The notes under the pieces: model-generated
What the model saw: only the letters and a program-made list of their open reading frames with translations
The model's database searches: none
What the model was told of the DNA's origin: nothing
Translations under genes and position numbers: made by a program
Shown here: in pieces, positions 1 through 13,800 of the stretch
Layout of the letters: every line of letters begins with the position of its first letter
Numbering within the stretch: position 1 is the first letter of the stretch
Origin: Phoronis australis
Lineage: Eukaryota; Animalia; Phoronida
Reading direction: 5' to 3'
Assembly: GCA_002633005.1 (NCBI GenBank)
Contig: NMRA01000689.1
Location: forward strand, 139,137-203,136
Length of the DNA: 64,000 nucleotides

Positions 1-393
1 TGGCCAGATTTATAGTGTTAAGTTGGTTTACGTCCACTTCAAGTTGTTGAGTCAAAGCCCAACACAGAAATGACATTTGACAAATAGTTCAGTGATTTTC
101 TAGTTTTTTGTACTATGTTGTTTATTCTGAGCTTGCTTTTGTTTAGTGAAGAAAAAACATTTCAAGAGAAAGTGTTGGTGACTTCTCTGTATCAACCCTG
201 CCAAAGGATTGACTGTCAACTAATAAGACTTTTTGTGTTATATGCAACTGTCGAAGTACTCTAGCGTAAATTCTAAAAGGTGTGATAATCAAACGATGAA
301 CAGCTTTGTGTCCCTTTTTAATTCTTGAAATTGACTGGTACAGGAAAAGTGTGTAAAAAAACGATGCCTTTTAACGAATTGGCTCAATTTCAG

Positions 394-3300
394 GATCCAT
401 GCAACATGTTCGGCCACTCCAACATTCCATCTGGCCTGTTCATGTTTGGCAACAACCCCAACTACTCGGCATCGGGCATTGCCACGTTAAGAAAGAAGAA
501 ACGAGGCTCGTCCCTACCTAATCCTAAGAGGATGTACGAGGAGGTGAGTTAAACTCACTAGCATGTTGTTATCTGTTGTGGCTGGTGTTCCAAGTGCTTG
601 ATGTCTAGCAGAATAATTTTCTCATCAACGTGAAAGGAAAAACTATTACTGAGTTCCAACCAGTGGTTCGAGAGACGACCAGAGAGAGCAGATGTTACTA
701 ACAACATTTGATACATCAATTGATTCAAATTTCCGGATCTTTTTGCAATGAAGACAATTATTTGACAGCGAATGTTTTGAGATGAGAGTTGTTGTCACAC
801 TGGTCTGTGATTTTGTAGGCCCAGATGGTGAGACGTGTCAAGTCCTATCTGAGCAATATGAATGTCGTGACGGATGAAGAGAAGTTGAACGAAATGTCGT
901 GCTCGTGTGAAACACCAGGTAAAGTGCAGTCAGGCAACATACATGCTTTTTGTAAATGGGACAGTAGTTTTGTTTGCTGTGAATGGCCAGTGAAACCACA
1001 CTTGGCGTGAAATCCATGATAGCAAATTGATAGTAGTATGATTTTGTGACTCGAGGCCAACTTGTTTGTAGCTGACATTGCATGTGCTTTGTAACTTCTT
1101 CACTTGGCTCAACGAGTAAGAAGGTTCTGAAGGCTTTTTCAGTTTATAAAACTGAATTTTGAGCGTTGCCATTGCTAATGGTTGGCCTGATCTTGTTCCT
1201 GTTATAGCCAACAAGAAGGTCAATAATGACTCGGGCTCAGACCAGAAGCCACCCACCGTGGTCATTCCCAAAGGACCCATGTTTGGCGCTGATGACCCCA
1301 ACGCTGTCAGAAAGCTAATGTCGCTGTCGGAGAAGGCACGACCTTTGAACCCCAAGCACCACTACCAGCCTGTGACCAGCCCACTGGTGATGCGCAAACC
1401 CCCATCTCCCAGGCAGTCGAGGTCATTACAAGCCCCATCTTCTGGGTTATTGCCTGAAACCTCTTCACTTGGGGCCTTGAGAAAGTCACAGACATTACGT
1501 AAGTGTCTCCTATGTGGTCACCAGTTTTCTTGGACTTGAAATTCCATTTTTGTCTGCAGGCTCTGATATTTACCTACTTATGCAGTAAAGCTTCAGGTAA
1601 TCTACTCTATGGTTAGTTATATTATTCTGCATTTATGTTGATGAGTTTGGACTTTACAGTACACACCCATCCTCCCCATTTCAGACTCCATCGGCAGCAC
1701 CTCCAGTATTGAGACAGTGGGGCCCTCTGTTGGCCAGCACCATTATGACACAGACTCTGGCCACAACAGTGTGGCTTCCTCAAGTTTTGATAGTCGCAGT
1801 ATTAGCTCTGTTGGCTCGGCAAGTTCTCCTCTGCAGACGCGGCGCCCCCTGTCGAGCAGTCTTCCGCAGTCTGGTGAGTCTAATGTCCTCTGTTGTGAAC
1901 TTGGCACACTGTTTTGTGTATGCAGTAATGTTTGTTGCTTTTTCTTTCCGATTCATTAACACTGGCAATTAGTGTGACCATTTACTTTTTAATTTTGCTT
2001 AGCTATTTTATTTATTTTTGTCATTTAATATCTCCTCTTGAGCAGATTAGAATTAATAAACAATTGGTTTCCACGTTGTCAAATTTTCTTGTGGCTTTGT
2101 TTGTTTTAAGGCAATTGTCAACCTTGGTGGGTTGTGAAGTGGACAGTTAAAAAGTCATTTGATGAAATGTGGAAAAGACTTCACAATAGTTGACAATTAT
2201 CTGAATTCGATGAAGCTTAAAAACATTGTAACAAAATCTGCTTGATTTTCCTTCCAAAGTTAGTGCTTTCGTTTACCCTTGTTCAGTGAACTAGGAAACT
2301 TCTTCCAATCCTGCAAGTCGATAATCTCAAAAAGTATCAACATTTGCAATTACTCAAACTGTGTCTGTTTGAGATAAATATATATAATTCCATTACGAGT
2401 GCCCTGCTACTGCATTTTTCATTGTAAGGGTAGATGCGTTAGACTTCCCGTACAAATTGCCGATCTACAAATCCCTATGTGCTTGCCTGTTTCCAAGACC
2501 AGTTTCTACTAAGTGGCTTTGTACCTTTCACAAATTGTGTGTAAATGTTTTGAATTAAAATGTGCAATGTACGCTGTAGTTCTCCGTGTGTGCTGTATGG
2601 TACTGTTAGCCCTGTACAAAAATTGTTATTTTTCAATTTGAGCAATTATGCATTAAAAGTTTCAGCCAAGTCCTTAGAAAAATTCGGGAGTGTTCCATTC
2701 AATATTAAGTATGGGTGAGCCATATTAGTAGAGGTCATGACCCTGCCATAGCTAAGACAGTTATTATCGCGTTATTGCAAATGTGATGTTGCATTTACAA
2801 CTGGCGTAAACTTGACCGTTGTCTAAATTCAAATTTAATGTCTACCTTCATAAACCACGTTAATCAACTTTGTGCATGTAAAAATAAAAAATACGAACAT
2901 CTTAGATAAGATCAGAGGCTTGGCTTTGATAAAATTGACCCCAGGTCTTGCAAAAATGTGTTTTCATTAAACCTGTCTCCTTTCAATTTAATTTTTGGTT
3001 TTCTAAGTTCGATTTCACGGGTGTTTTCAGATACTAGTGCCATACTGTTTTGTGAATATTTTGTTCGTTGTTTCTGTTATTTTCCTGTGTTTAGACGCCT
3101 TTGTGTTTGTTCCCCATTTCAGTGGTGTTTAAATTAATTGTTTGTTTCCAGCGTCGATTGCCAACGGAAATGCAAGGCCACCTCTTCCACCTTATCACGT
3201 AGTCGTTCAAAATTCGGCAGGTTAGTCCGCAGCAGCAACACCGTTGGCTGTTTGCACCCAAGTCTCAGATTCTGTCTGTATGACCTACTGTTGTCTGCTC

Positions 3301-5166
3301 ATATGCCTCTTGTGGCGACATCTGTTGTGTGTTCATTAGTGTCTCTTGCTTGCATTCTTGCTTGACACTTAACATATGACATGTTATGACACATCTTTGG
3401 TGGAGGCTTTAACTGTTGCGACTTGTCTGCCTGCTCTAACTCTTAGTCAGATTGTTGTATGCAGAACGTATGATGAAAGAGCGCCTCTTGTGTCAGTGAC
3501 ATTGCCCGATGCGTGATTTTATTATGGAGATGTGTTCAGGCAACTCTGTTGCTACTTTTTTTGACTGGTCTGCCCTCTGGGAAGCTCAAGTAGTTTTCTG
3601 CCTCTCACCTTCCTTGTTTGGCAGAAGTCTACTGCTCCCTCAGCCTTTACTAAACTAAAGGCAGTGGTCCGTTGTAATTAGTTCTCCGGACAATTACTAA
3701 AATTTGTGAGCATAGTTGACATAGCAACAAAATCTACATGGAGTGATTACTGTTCCTGGTCTGATTCATTTCATTGTATGCCATCTGCATGTTAAGGCTA
3801 TCTGCTGTTTATACTTTGGCATGCATTGTGTACTCTAACAGCTACTGCAATGCACTTCTCATTACCTCGTGTACATGCATGCATAATGCCTAGGTAATGT
3901 TCATCTTCTCTTCCTTCTTCCTATTGTCATCTCACTGCTTTATTTTGGCCTTTAGTCGATTTGGGGCAATATTGTATGACTCTTCAACAAAGTCTGGAAG
4001 GTGTAGTTATGAAAACTGAAACATTTATTGCAACGTAATTCATAGCACTTGGTCTTTGTAAGTTGTTATCGGTGGCTTTTTTTTAACTCTAAAGATCACG
4101 TGTGATATAAATTACTTGTGGTTGCTGTCCATTTTGCATAAGCACGTCACTCAGTGTTTCTCGTCTCTGTTACAGCTTACAGTCAGTTCATTCATCAACA
4201 GTATACTCAGATGCCGCACCGACCTCTCCCCGACTACCACAGCGCCACGCAGTTGACAAACAACAAACCGCCAGGGAAGATGGGACGATCATATTCGCAT
4301 GAGGTGGTACCCTCCAAGTATTACGAAGTCTCTGGAAATACGCTCAATGGCAGTGGTGAGTGTCAGTCAATGTTTGGTAACAAATATCAAGAGTCCTGTT
4401 GAGTATTGGGGGAGGAGTCGTGTTGAGTATTGGGGGAGGAGTCCTGTTGAGTATGGGGGGNNNNNNNNNNNNNNNNNNNNNNNNNNNNNNNNNNNNNNNN
4501 NNNNNNNNNNNNNNNNNNNNNNNNNNNNNNNGGGGGAGGAGTTGTGTTGAGTGTTGGGGGACGAGTTGTGTTGAGTATTGGGGGAGGAGTTCTGTTGAGT
4601 ATTGGGGGAGGAGTCCTGTTGAGTATTGGGGGAGGAGTGTTGTTGAGTATCGAGGGAGGAGTTGTGTTGAGTATTGGGGGAGGAGTTCTGTTGAGTATTG
4701 GGGAGTAGTTGTGTTGGGTATTGGGGGAGGAGTTGTGTTGAGTATTGGGGGAGGAGTCCTGTTGGGTATTGAGGGAGGAGTCCTTTTGAGTATTGGGGGA
4801 GTCCTATACAGACTTGTGGTGCTGGATGTGGACTGGTGGTTCAACTGTTGAAGTTCACTATACAAGTGCAGGTGAACTGTGTTACAATGAACCTTCCGGG
4901 GACTCCTATAAAACATTCATTGTAACCGAAATTCGCTTTAACCAAATGAACTTGTGTGCAGTACAGTTGACTTGGGATTTGTGTAATAAAATGTTACAAA
5001 CCTGGTTTGTTGTTCATAATTTAACTTTGGCTGTACAGTTACATTGTTCATTGTGTGTGTCATTGGAACATCTTTGCAGAGGTATCCATTGTAGTGATGT
5101 GAAGTTTTTATGGCTGGTGTTATCTTTTCAGAGAGTGGTGAGGAAGAGCAAGTGTCAGCCGTATGA
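394..5166 (+). CDS. RAPGEF2: 3' part of PDZ-GEF / Rap guanine nucleotide exchange factor 2/6-like gene (5' exons lie upstream of the window)
   Basis: GT-AG exons in consistent phase: 394-543, 819-918, 1208-1498, 1685-1873, 3152-3220, 4176-4355, 5132-5166 (TGA). The peptides SSLPNPKRMYEEAQMVRRVKSYLSNM..DEEKLNEMSCSCE, AVRKLMSLSE, DSGHNSVASSS, the PY motifs and C-terminal EEEQVSAV match RAPGEF2/6 C-terminal hallmarks as I recall them. RAPGEF2 and RAPGEF6 cannot be distinguished; a single invertebrate ortholog is likely. Confidence 0.9.
4391..4810. repeat. 24-bp G-rich minisatellite (GAGTATTGGGGGAGGAGTCCTGTT)n in the last RAPGEF intron, containing an N gap
   Basis: Direct tandem copies are visible. 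The spurious ORFs repeat an 8-aa unit (VEYWGRSP). N run at 4461-4531. Confidence 0.95.
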
Positions 5167-6473
5167 CTAGTAGCTCCCCCTTCTGGCAAGTAACAGTGCC
5201 TCCAATCTGTGATTAATGCCGTAAGACCCAAGTCAGAGAAATCGCGATTGCCAAAATGTTATTTCTCATTATTGATGTACACGATCTCATTACTTTGACT
5301 AAATATCGTGCTTCGTATGCCATAATTAAGTAAAACTAGCACAAATTATATTAATTTTGGTTTTGTATCTTGAATGTCTTGAATTATGCTAAAATCTCAC
5401 CGATTTTGGAAACATAATTGTCAAAGTAGTCCCTTTTTTCAAAGGATTCTAACATTGTCGTGGAAACCTTTAACTTTTCCAAATATTGCCTGATTGTAGC
5501 TATAATGGTAAACAGTGATGTGGTGGTACTTATCTCTTACAAAAATGAGAAAGTGAAAATTCACTTGTCAATCCTATGTTTAATCATTTGGTGAAATTTA
5601 CCATAAATGTTATGACCAAAATCGCATTTAGTTAAATTATAAAAAGTGAAGTGTAAAGTATGTTTCACTTTGTCAATTGAAATATGACGTGATTTATTTT
5701 CGAACAGCAGGAACAGTTTCACACCAGATTTTTGTGTGGTAATGTTTTCAGCGTCTAAGTAGACTATTTTGTTAAGCCACTGTTAATGTTAAGTTGGAAG
5801 GGGGAAAAAGTTGATTTATAAAATGTATTGTGACAAGTGATGTACAGGCATTTGTGATGAATATTTATTTATTCTTGGTACAACATTGTAGAATAATTGT
5901 ATTAGCATGTGGTCGCTGATTCACGTGTGAATAATCCTCCAACTTAAGTAATATTGTGGTCCGACATCTTGGCAAAGGCTTGCATTTAATGATGGAGTCT
6001 GGACAATGAGCCCATGAAATTGTGCTGCTTTCCTAAAAGAAAGCTATCAATTTGTGAACAAGTTATTTACTGTCAATGTTTGTTCAATGTTTGAGACAAG
6101 TCACTGCAGGTAGTTGGAACTTACAGCTATGTTGCAGTGACAAGTTTCACACAGCTGAAGTCAGTTTCTTACAAGTCGCTAGTTCCAAATCTGTTCACTT
6201 GTGTACTTTTATGAAAGTGCGCTTCAAAAAGAGGTGCATTCATAAAAGTTGCATTTCTTAACGATGTTTTTCGTTGGGACCTAGCCAATATGTATTGATT
6301 TCAGATGTGTTGACCGTCTCGATACTTTGATGGAGTTAGTCAGCTGATCCCTGCTAAGCTTTATTTATTTGGTTTTGACCAGTGACTTTTTGTCACATTT
6401 TATTGTCCTGTTATCATGCTTTGTTTGTACATGTGTATTATTTGTAGATAATGTAAATAGCAATCATTTTATT

Positions 6474-6479
6474 AATAAA
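6474..6479 (+). promoter_or_regulatory. Candidate polyadenylation signal of the RAPGEF gene
   Basis: AATAAA followed by a GT-rich stretch (ttgttgttctgt) about 20 nt downstream, about 1.3 kb after the stop codon. Confidence 0.5.
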
Positions 6480-7800
6480 AAGTCTCTTCAACACAACTTG
6501 TTGTTCTGTCATAGATTTTTATGCTTCCAAACATGTGAGGCTGCATATTGACATCATTTCTGTCGGGTTCTTTAAAGCAGAGGTTGTGTATTGTCAAAGT
6601 GTGAAAGGATCCAACTTTTGCTATGCCTCCTAGTGGAATTTTGTTGTTATGGTGTTCATCTTCAAAAACCATGTATGGATCTTCAGGAAACTCTTCCAAC
6701 ATGTTTGTATCAAAAGTGGTTGTCACCGGACAATTTTCTGACCGTTCCTTCGTGTTGTTCGCCCCTAGTAGCAGCTTTTGTGTTTTGGTATTGTCTTGTG
6801 GTGTCTGCTTTTCTATCTAACAAACGTTTTGAAGAATGGTCATGAAATTAGGCAGAAATGTTTCTATTGGAATGAGCATGGCTGACATCAACTCTCGGTC
6901 GGTCCAGAAAACTGATGTGACCCCCTAGTGGCAGCTAGATTTTTGCGCCTGTCTCGATGTCTACTAGTACTACAATATATGCGAAGGTTCGTTGTGACAT
7001 TTGGCGAAGATTTTATGAATGAGGAGAGCAGAACTATGTTGCTTTTTGGACGAATGATGCTTTGTCTCCCAGTTGCAATTTCAATTTGTTNGATATAGTT
7101 TCCTTCATTCGTCTCTTGGAGACAGGTGGCCCACACTAGAGAAGGAAATGCTATTGACAGGATCCACCTCGGCACCCTTTTGGAAACTCACATACTAGTT
7201 TGTGCCGAAGTAGGCCCTACTCATCTATTTTTCTATATAATCACTTTCGCATTTTACTGACTACGACCGTTTTAAAAGTATATCAAACCCGATTCTGGCC
7301 TATCAACAGATATTAAAAACAACATTCACATCCAATTCTCTGAAGCAAAATAGTGCTCTGTAACCCTTGACAAGCCACAAAAGTTTGGAGAAAATTTTGA
7401 AAACTTTTCAAAGTCTGCTAAACGGGCAAGCGTGAACTACACTTTTAGCGAATTACACTGCAACTGTGGGGAAGACTTCACACCAAGAACCATAATATGT
7501 TATTTGTGACAAACGGAGTAGGCCCCTGTGAGTTTTTAATTGATCCTTGCCTTTGTCTAAAGATTAGCACCATTGATGTATTAGCAGGTGAGAACGAGGA
7601 TTGGTTGAATCAAAACAGGGTTTAGTATCCTTAGTGGCGAAGGTAACAAGTTATGTACCTTGATAACGGTGCTATCGAACGGTGACCTAACTGGAGAAGC
7701 GATAGTACATAAATCGACACGTTTTAGTTGCATTTGTCTCGCACCGGATTTTACCGACTCGTTTCTCTTAGTAATCTTACTGGTTGAGCGGAGTTGGAGC

Positions 7801-10800
7801 ATGTCATGTCACTGGATATTCACTGCTGTCGGTCTTGTTGCATTTCTCTTACTGAGGTGTTTAACAGGTAAAATACGTGTAGCCACTCATTTGATAGAAA
7901 CCTTGCAACGACTAGGTTAGGTCGTCCAGTAGCGCCGTCGATCCCTTGAAATTTGACTCTTGTATTCCTGCATTTGGCTTCGATGTCACTAAGCCCTAAT
8001 TTGCTTGTCGTGGTCTTTGCCCGACACTCACGATCGTTTGAACCAGTTTTCGTGGTTTTGGACTTTAAAAAATAAAATGTAGAATGTGTCCTCATGACCT
8101 ACAAAAACGGGACCCCTTCCGGCGAAGTCCTTGACCGTACGTCCCATCTTCAACGTGCCCTTCTACGACGCCTGAGGCTAACGAAGGAAAAAGGTATGCC
8201 TCCATGGATTTTCATACTTTCTAGAATTTAGTTGGGCTACGTTCTGTAGACACAAAAGTTTCGCAAACAATGCTAGTGTGATAACGAGCCTCCCTTGTAA
8301 CGATTAGCCGCTATCTCTCGACGTTTAGCGTGGTCGTGCGTTTTCAGGAGTTTCTTGGGTCTCACGAGTACGCTCTGCCGGGGTTCGCGTCCAGACAGGG
8401 AACATTGATCCGGCTGCGCAGCTGTTGATTTAAATAGCTGTCTCTAGTGAGCACCTGCAAAAACAGTCGCACCGCAACACCGACTGTGAAGTATAGCCTA
8501 CACAGAATGCAATGCTGTACTATCTATGCAGGGACCGTCGTGTGCAAAAATCAGTGTAAGACAGATAAGAGTGTCCCTGCCCGGTTGCATGAAACAGACC
8601 CAAACAGGAACGTAACTAAGTTCTCTTAATCTACTACGTATATGTGGATTTGTGAAAACACTGATTGTCCTTTTTTATGATGTTTGAGTCAGCAGTTTTT
8701 GGCTTTGAAACAAATCGAGAGCGAAGTCAAAGTTGAGTTCTCAATATTATTAAAAACAAGTAGGCATCTTTTCATGCAATGCGCCTAATTTAATTACAAA
8801 GTCCCTAATTATTTTGAATGAATTAAGGGCTCAGTTTTTAGTTATGTTAATAGGAAATGTTATTAGTCACAGAGGAGCTTACAATAAATACGAAATAATG
8901 AAAAACACTGCATCTCTGATCAAAGAACGAAACAAATACCAAAAAGATTTAGGGAACTTGGTGGAGTCCCTATTTGGGACTGCTTCATTGAACCGGGCAC
9001 TGGGCCACTGGTTTCCACATCATATCACTGTTTCCAGGTGTAATTTGTCCCAATCATGCACACTCGTCGTGAAATTAGACTTAAAGCCCGACCCCTTGCC
9101 AACATAAACACAGAAGCAAGATGTCAAAGTTACAGACTGACAACGATGTGCTTCATTTGTTAGGAGAACATGTAGTTCAAGGGTTCCGGTAATTAAGTTC
9201 ACCTGATGCAGAGATTTTCTGATCTCAACTTTTAGTCATAAAAAATATTGATTTTGAACATTTCTCATAAAGCAAATGAAGGACAACATTCCTTTTTGTA
9301 TAACTGGTTTGGAATTATCTAAGTTTTTAACATTTTTGAAATAAAAATTTGTGAGAATTTTTGTGAAAATTTTATTGAAGCGAAACTGGATATCAGAGAT
9401 AAAAAGAATAAGAAATACTTCTCACTTTGTCGCGATGATGAAATATCATTTCACCCTTTACACAGTCTGTTAGTCATTTCTTATATCACTGAGATTAAAA
9501 ATTAGAATTATATTTTTGAATATGCTCCACAATATGTTCATTTTTACAGCTGGAAACAAATTATCGTTTGCCAACTACTATGGTAGTTACATGGTGTTAC
9601 AACAAGCGCCTGCCAAGGCTACGGTATGGGGGACCGGAAGTGTCGGGGACCATCTTACGCTTACTGTAACCATGGCACAGGGACAAAACAAATCGATGCA
9701 AATTTACAAGACAACTGTAGAGGAAGGTAAATGTTGAGAAAACGTAAGTTCCATCTGCTCAACACATTTGAACAAATTTTTTGACATAATCACGACAAAT
9801 ATCTTGGAATTCGTTATTTCTCAATTATTTTCGGTCAGCCAAATTGGTTAGTTCTGCAACGAAAACTCATTTTGATAACACAGCCATACATGCCGCCATT
9901 TTTGTCGACTTACGCAGACTGTGGTTCGCGCTGGATTTCACGAAATTTTACGTTTTCACATAACCATGGTTACAAACATGTAGAATATACACATTCTTTG
10001 CGTTCTTTTAACGTTCCGGTAATGGCCGACTGGGTAATGACAGTGTTGGCTTAGTGTCGTGAAATGTATGCCTTGGTTTATTAGTAATTAATGTTGATTA
10101 TGAAACCCTATACCAATCCTATACCAAGGGCCCAAGAACATTTACCACGCGGTGGAACACCTACCTTAGGAGTAGAACAATTATCACTCTCCACAATGCC
10201 TTTACCGCAAGATCTTATCACAACCAAGAAGCTTTACCACTGAACCGCAGGCACACTCATCACACATCACACGGGAGCAAGTGCTCATTGCATGTGATAT
10301 GTAGTATTTTGCAGCCTGTGGTGCGAGTTCGATTGATATCGCTGAAACGAGAATTCTTGGATATTTTAGGGTTGTACCCGGATGTTTCCACAAAAGGTGG
10401 CGTTTGGAGGGTTCTGTTGAATGCTATGCCCGCAGGCGGTCCTTACTCGATAGAAGCACGCGGCTCCAGCGAGCTCGTTGATATTCATGATGTTATGTTT
10501 GGTGACGTTTGGTTATGCGCTGGACAAAGTAACATGGAGTTTACGATGTCGATGGTAGGCCAACAATTGTGTTCATACCAAAAGTTATATAATGGCATCG
10601 GAAACGGTACTGGTTGGTGGGAATCATAAGTGGATTTACGATGTGGCCCAAGGAGGCTACCTCAACCCCCCCCCCCTTATTNATACACATTCTTTGCGTT
10701 CTTTTAACGTTCCGGTAATGGCCGACTGGGTAATGACAGTGTTGGCTTAGTGTCGTGAAATGTATGCCTTGGTTTATTAGTAATTAATGTTGATTATGAA

Positions 10801-13800
10801 ACCCTATACCAATCCTATACCAAGGGCCCAAGAACATTTACCACGTGGTGGAACACCTACCTTAGGAGTAGAACAATTATCACTATCCACAATGCCCTTA
10901 CCGCAAGATCTTATCGCAAACAAGAACCCCTACCACTGAACCGCAGGCACGCTCATCACACACCACACGGAAGCAAGTGCTCATTGCATGTGATATGTAG
11001 TATTTTGCAGCCTGTGGTGCGAGTTCGATTGATATCGCTGAAACGAGAATTCTTGGATTTTTTAGGGTTGTACCCGGATGTTTCCACAAAAGGTGGCGTT
11101 TGGAGGGTTCTGTTGAATGCCATGCCCGCAGGCGGTCCTTACTCGATAGAAGTACGCGGCTCCAGCGAGCTCATTGATATTCATGATGTTATGTTTGGTG
11201 ACGTTTGGTTATGCGCTGGACAAAGTAACATGGAGTTAACGATGTCGATGGTAGGTGTCGCCAAAAATTGTTTTCATACCAAAAGTTATATAATGGCATC
11301 GGAAACGGTACTGCTTGGTGGGAATCATAAGTGGATTTACGATGTGGCCCAAGGAGGCTACCTCAACCCCCCCCCCCTTATTCGGACAACACTACAAAGA
11401 GTCCACGGTATGGGATTTTAAGGCCTACAAATTTTCTTTTTCTTTGAGAAGAATGGTTGGACTCCCCTGGCCCTTTCGCGAGATCCTAATATCCGCCTGT
11501 GGGAATGATACTCCAGAACACGTGACACAGTTTCAACTGATCATAACACAGAGGCATGGCGATAATTTGGCAATCACGATGAAAATGTTGCCTCTGAAAA
11601 CTTAGACGTGGAGGCAGAGAGTCAACTTCTACCTTTGTGTGTATGTGGTGTGGGACACAACAGACCATCCAAAAATTACCCAAACAGTTGTTTCACAGGA
11701 ACAATTTTACAGTGATGGAGAGCCTGAAAATAGGCAAATGAATGAAATAAAATTGTGGTAACTACCCCAGGCGATGCAAACTCAAACTTGACTCCGCCCA
11801 GATCTCATTAATTCCACAAATTTAGGCTACGTCAGCCACTAAGCGCGGGTTTGTACGGTGTTGTGGACTTGGTTGAATCTAGCGTCGGTGCGTTCCGCAG
11901 ACGCGTTTTCCCCGAGGTTCTCGCGGAGCGCACGTCTGGTTACGAATGGAACGTGGATCTGTTTCCAAATGGTCAGTGCATTCTCAGTATTGCGAACAGC
12001 CTGAGTTACCCTTTTGAGTTTACGGTCGTGGTGACAGCGGGTGTAGCAATGGTTTTTGAGGAATAAAATGTATTGTTCAGTGTAGTTTGAATGTGTAGTG
12101 GGTCGGGTGATGATTAAGTCACCACTGCATTCTGTTAAAGGTGTTTAATGCGTCTGAAGAGATTGCCACTGCTGGAAACTTTCCTGACGTGAGAGTGTTC
12201 ACCTTGAAGCCACAGTCTGGGATGATACCACATACTGATGTCATCGAAGTGGCGCAGTCGTGGACAATGTCCAGCAAAGGTAAGCCCTTTGAAACAGCGC
12301 TTGCTAATTTGAATTTTTGTTGAAATAGAAACTAAAATTTATTTCAGTTACTTGCACGGTGCCTATGGTAAAATTAATGACCAAAATTGTATTTTTTCAT
12401 TTTTCAAATGCTCATTGCACTGCCAAAACTGTCCAAAATTTCAATGGGTGTTTGTTGCTGACAGCCATTCCATAAAAAAAAATTAATTAAACAAGTGAAA
12501 TCGTCTTCTGTTTCATTCTTGTTGAAATATTGATAAAATAAAATTTTACCCTTCCGCCATAGTGTGTTCCAATTTGAAGAAACTTTTTGCTCTACCCATC
12601 ATCTTATAAAGTACTGTAGTCTCTTTTGTCATTTTCTTCTTTTCTCCGTTCTCCGTAGCAACAATTGGTGGACCGGATTGGAAGTATTTCTCCGCTGTCT
12701 GCTGGCTTTTCGGCCGCTATCTGTATAAACGCCTGAACTATCCAATTGGTTTGATTGCTTCGACTTGGGGCGGTACGCCTATAGAAAGGTGGTCCTCGCC
12801 CGCGGTTTTGAAGTCGTGCAGCATACCTCACGAGGCAAGTATATGTGTACTCTGCAACAGGTTTCACATAGGCGAAGTAGTGTCTGGAAATGACCACCGC
12901 CAGTAATAATCTCGATGCGTCGTGTCTTTGTATTCTTCACCTTTTGCTGTTCGTATTTTGTACACTTGTTTCTGTATTTCACACCTGAAGATTGTCTCGC
13001 AATTATTTAAAGCTACATTTCGCGCTGCGATTTAACTGGCAAAAACAATGAAAATCGATTGATGTCCTTTACTCTCACGAAATCGGTCTCACAATATTCT
13101 TTTCCACAGTAGGATTTTGTTTCCAGCACCAACAAGTACACCAAAATCGTCAGCGATTCAAGAAAACGCCTCAGAATTTATTGGTGTTGATCGACCCTAA
13201 GATTGTGGAATCGAAAATGGCGCATGCTGGCATTGCCTGTGTTTTTGGTTACAGGCTCATTCGGCAATAATTTGATGAACATGACTAAGTTAATGGATGT
13301 TTTTAAACCCCAATGGGCTTCGGTTCAGTGTTCAACATTCACAGTTAAGCAGCGGCGAAATACAGCTGTATCGGTGTGTGTTCGCTCCAATGCTTAACGA
13401 TCCGTTTGTGTGCTGCATAGTTCCCTCTACCTATGGTTTACCTATAACGTGACGTACGAGTAATTTGAAAGATTGTTACTTGTAAACTGGTGCAAAATAG
13501 TCGCATTAAAATACATTTTAATTAAACCATTGCATAAAACGTAACTGTCAAGGAACAAAGATCGTTTTGACGAATAGCTGGACATCTTTTAAGCATCTCG
13601 TGATATTGTAGGAACACGACAGTGAAATATGGAACGCCATGATTTTCCCTTTGTACAATATGACCATCAAAGGCGCCATCTGGTACCAAGGAGAATCTAA
13701 CACCGACAAGCCCGATTCTTACAACTGTTCGTTTCCCGCAATGATCAGCGACTGGCGAGCAGGTTTCAATAAAGCTAGCAGCCGACAAACACAGCAGTTG

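Noticed and set aside
4391-4810. CRISPR-like array
   Set aside because: The repeats are head to tail with no unique spacers, in a eukaryotic intron.
4344-4916. Long repetitive ORFs on both strands
   Set aside because: Translations of the 24-bp minisatellite and the N gap.
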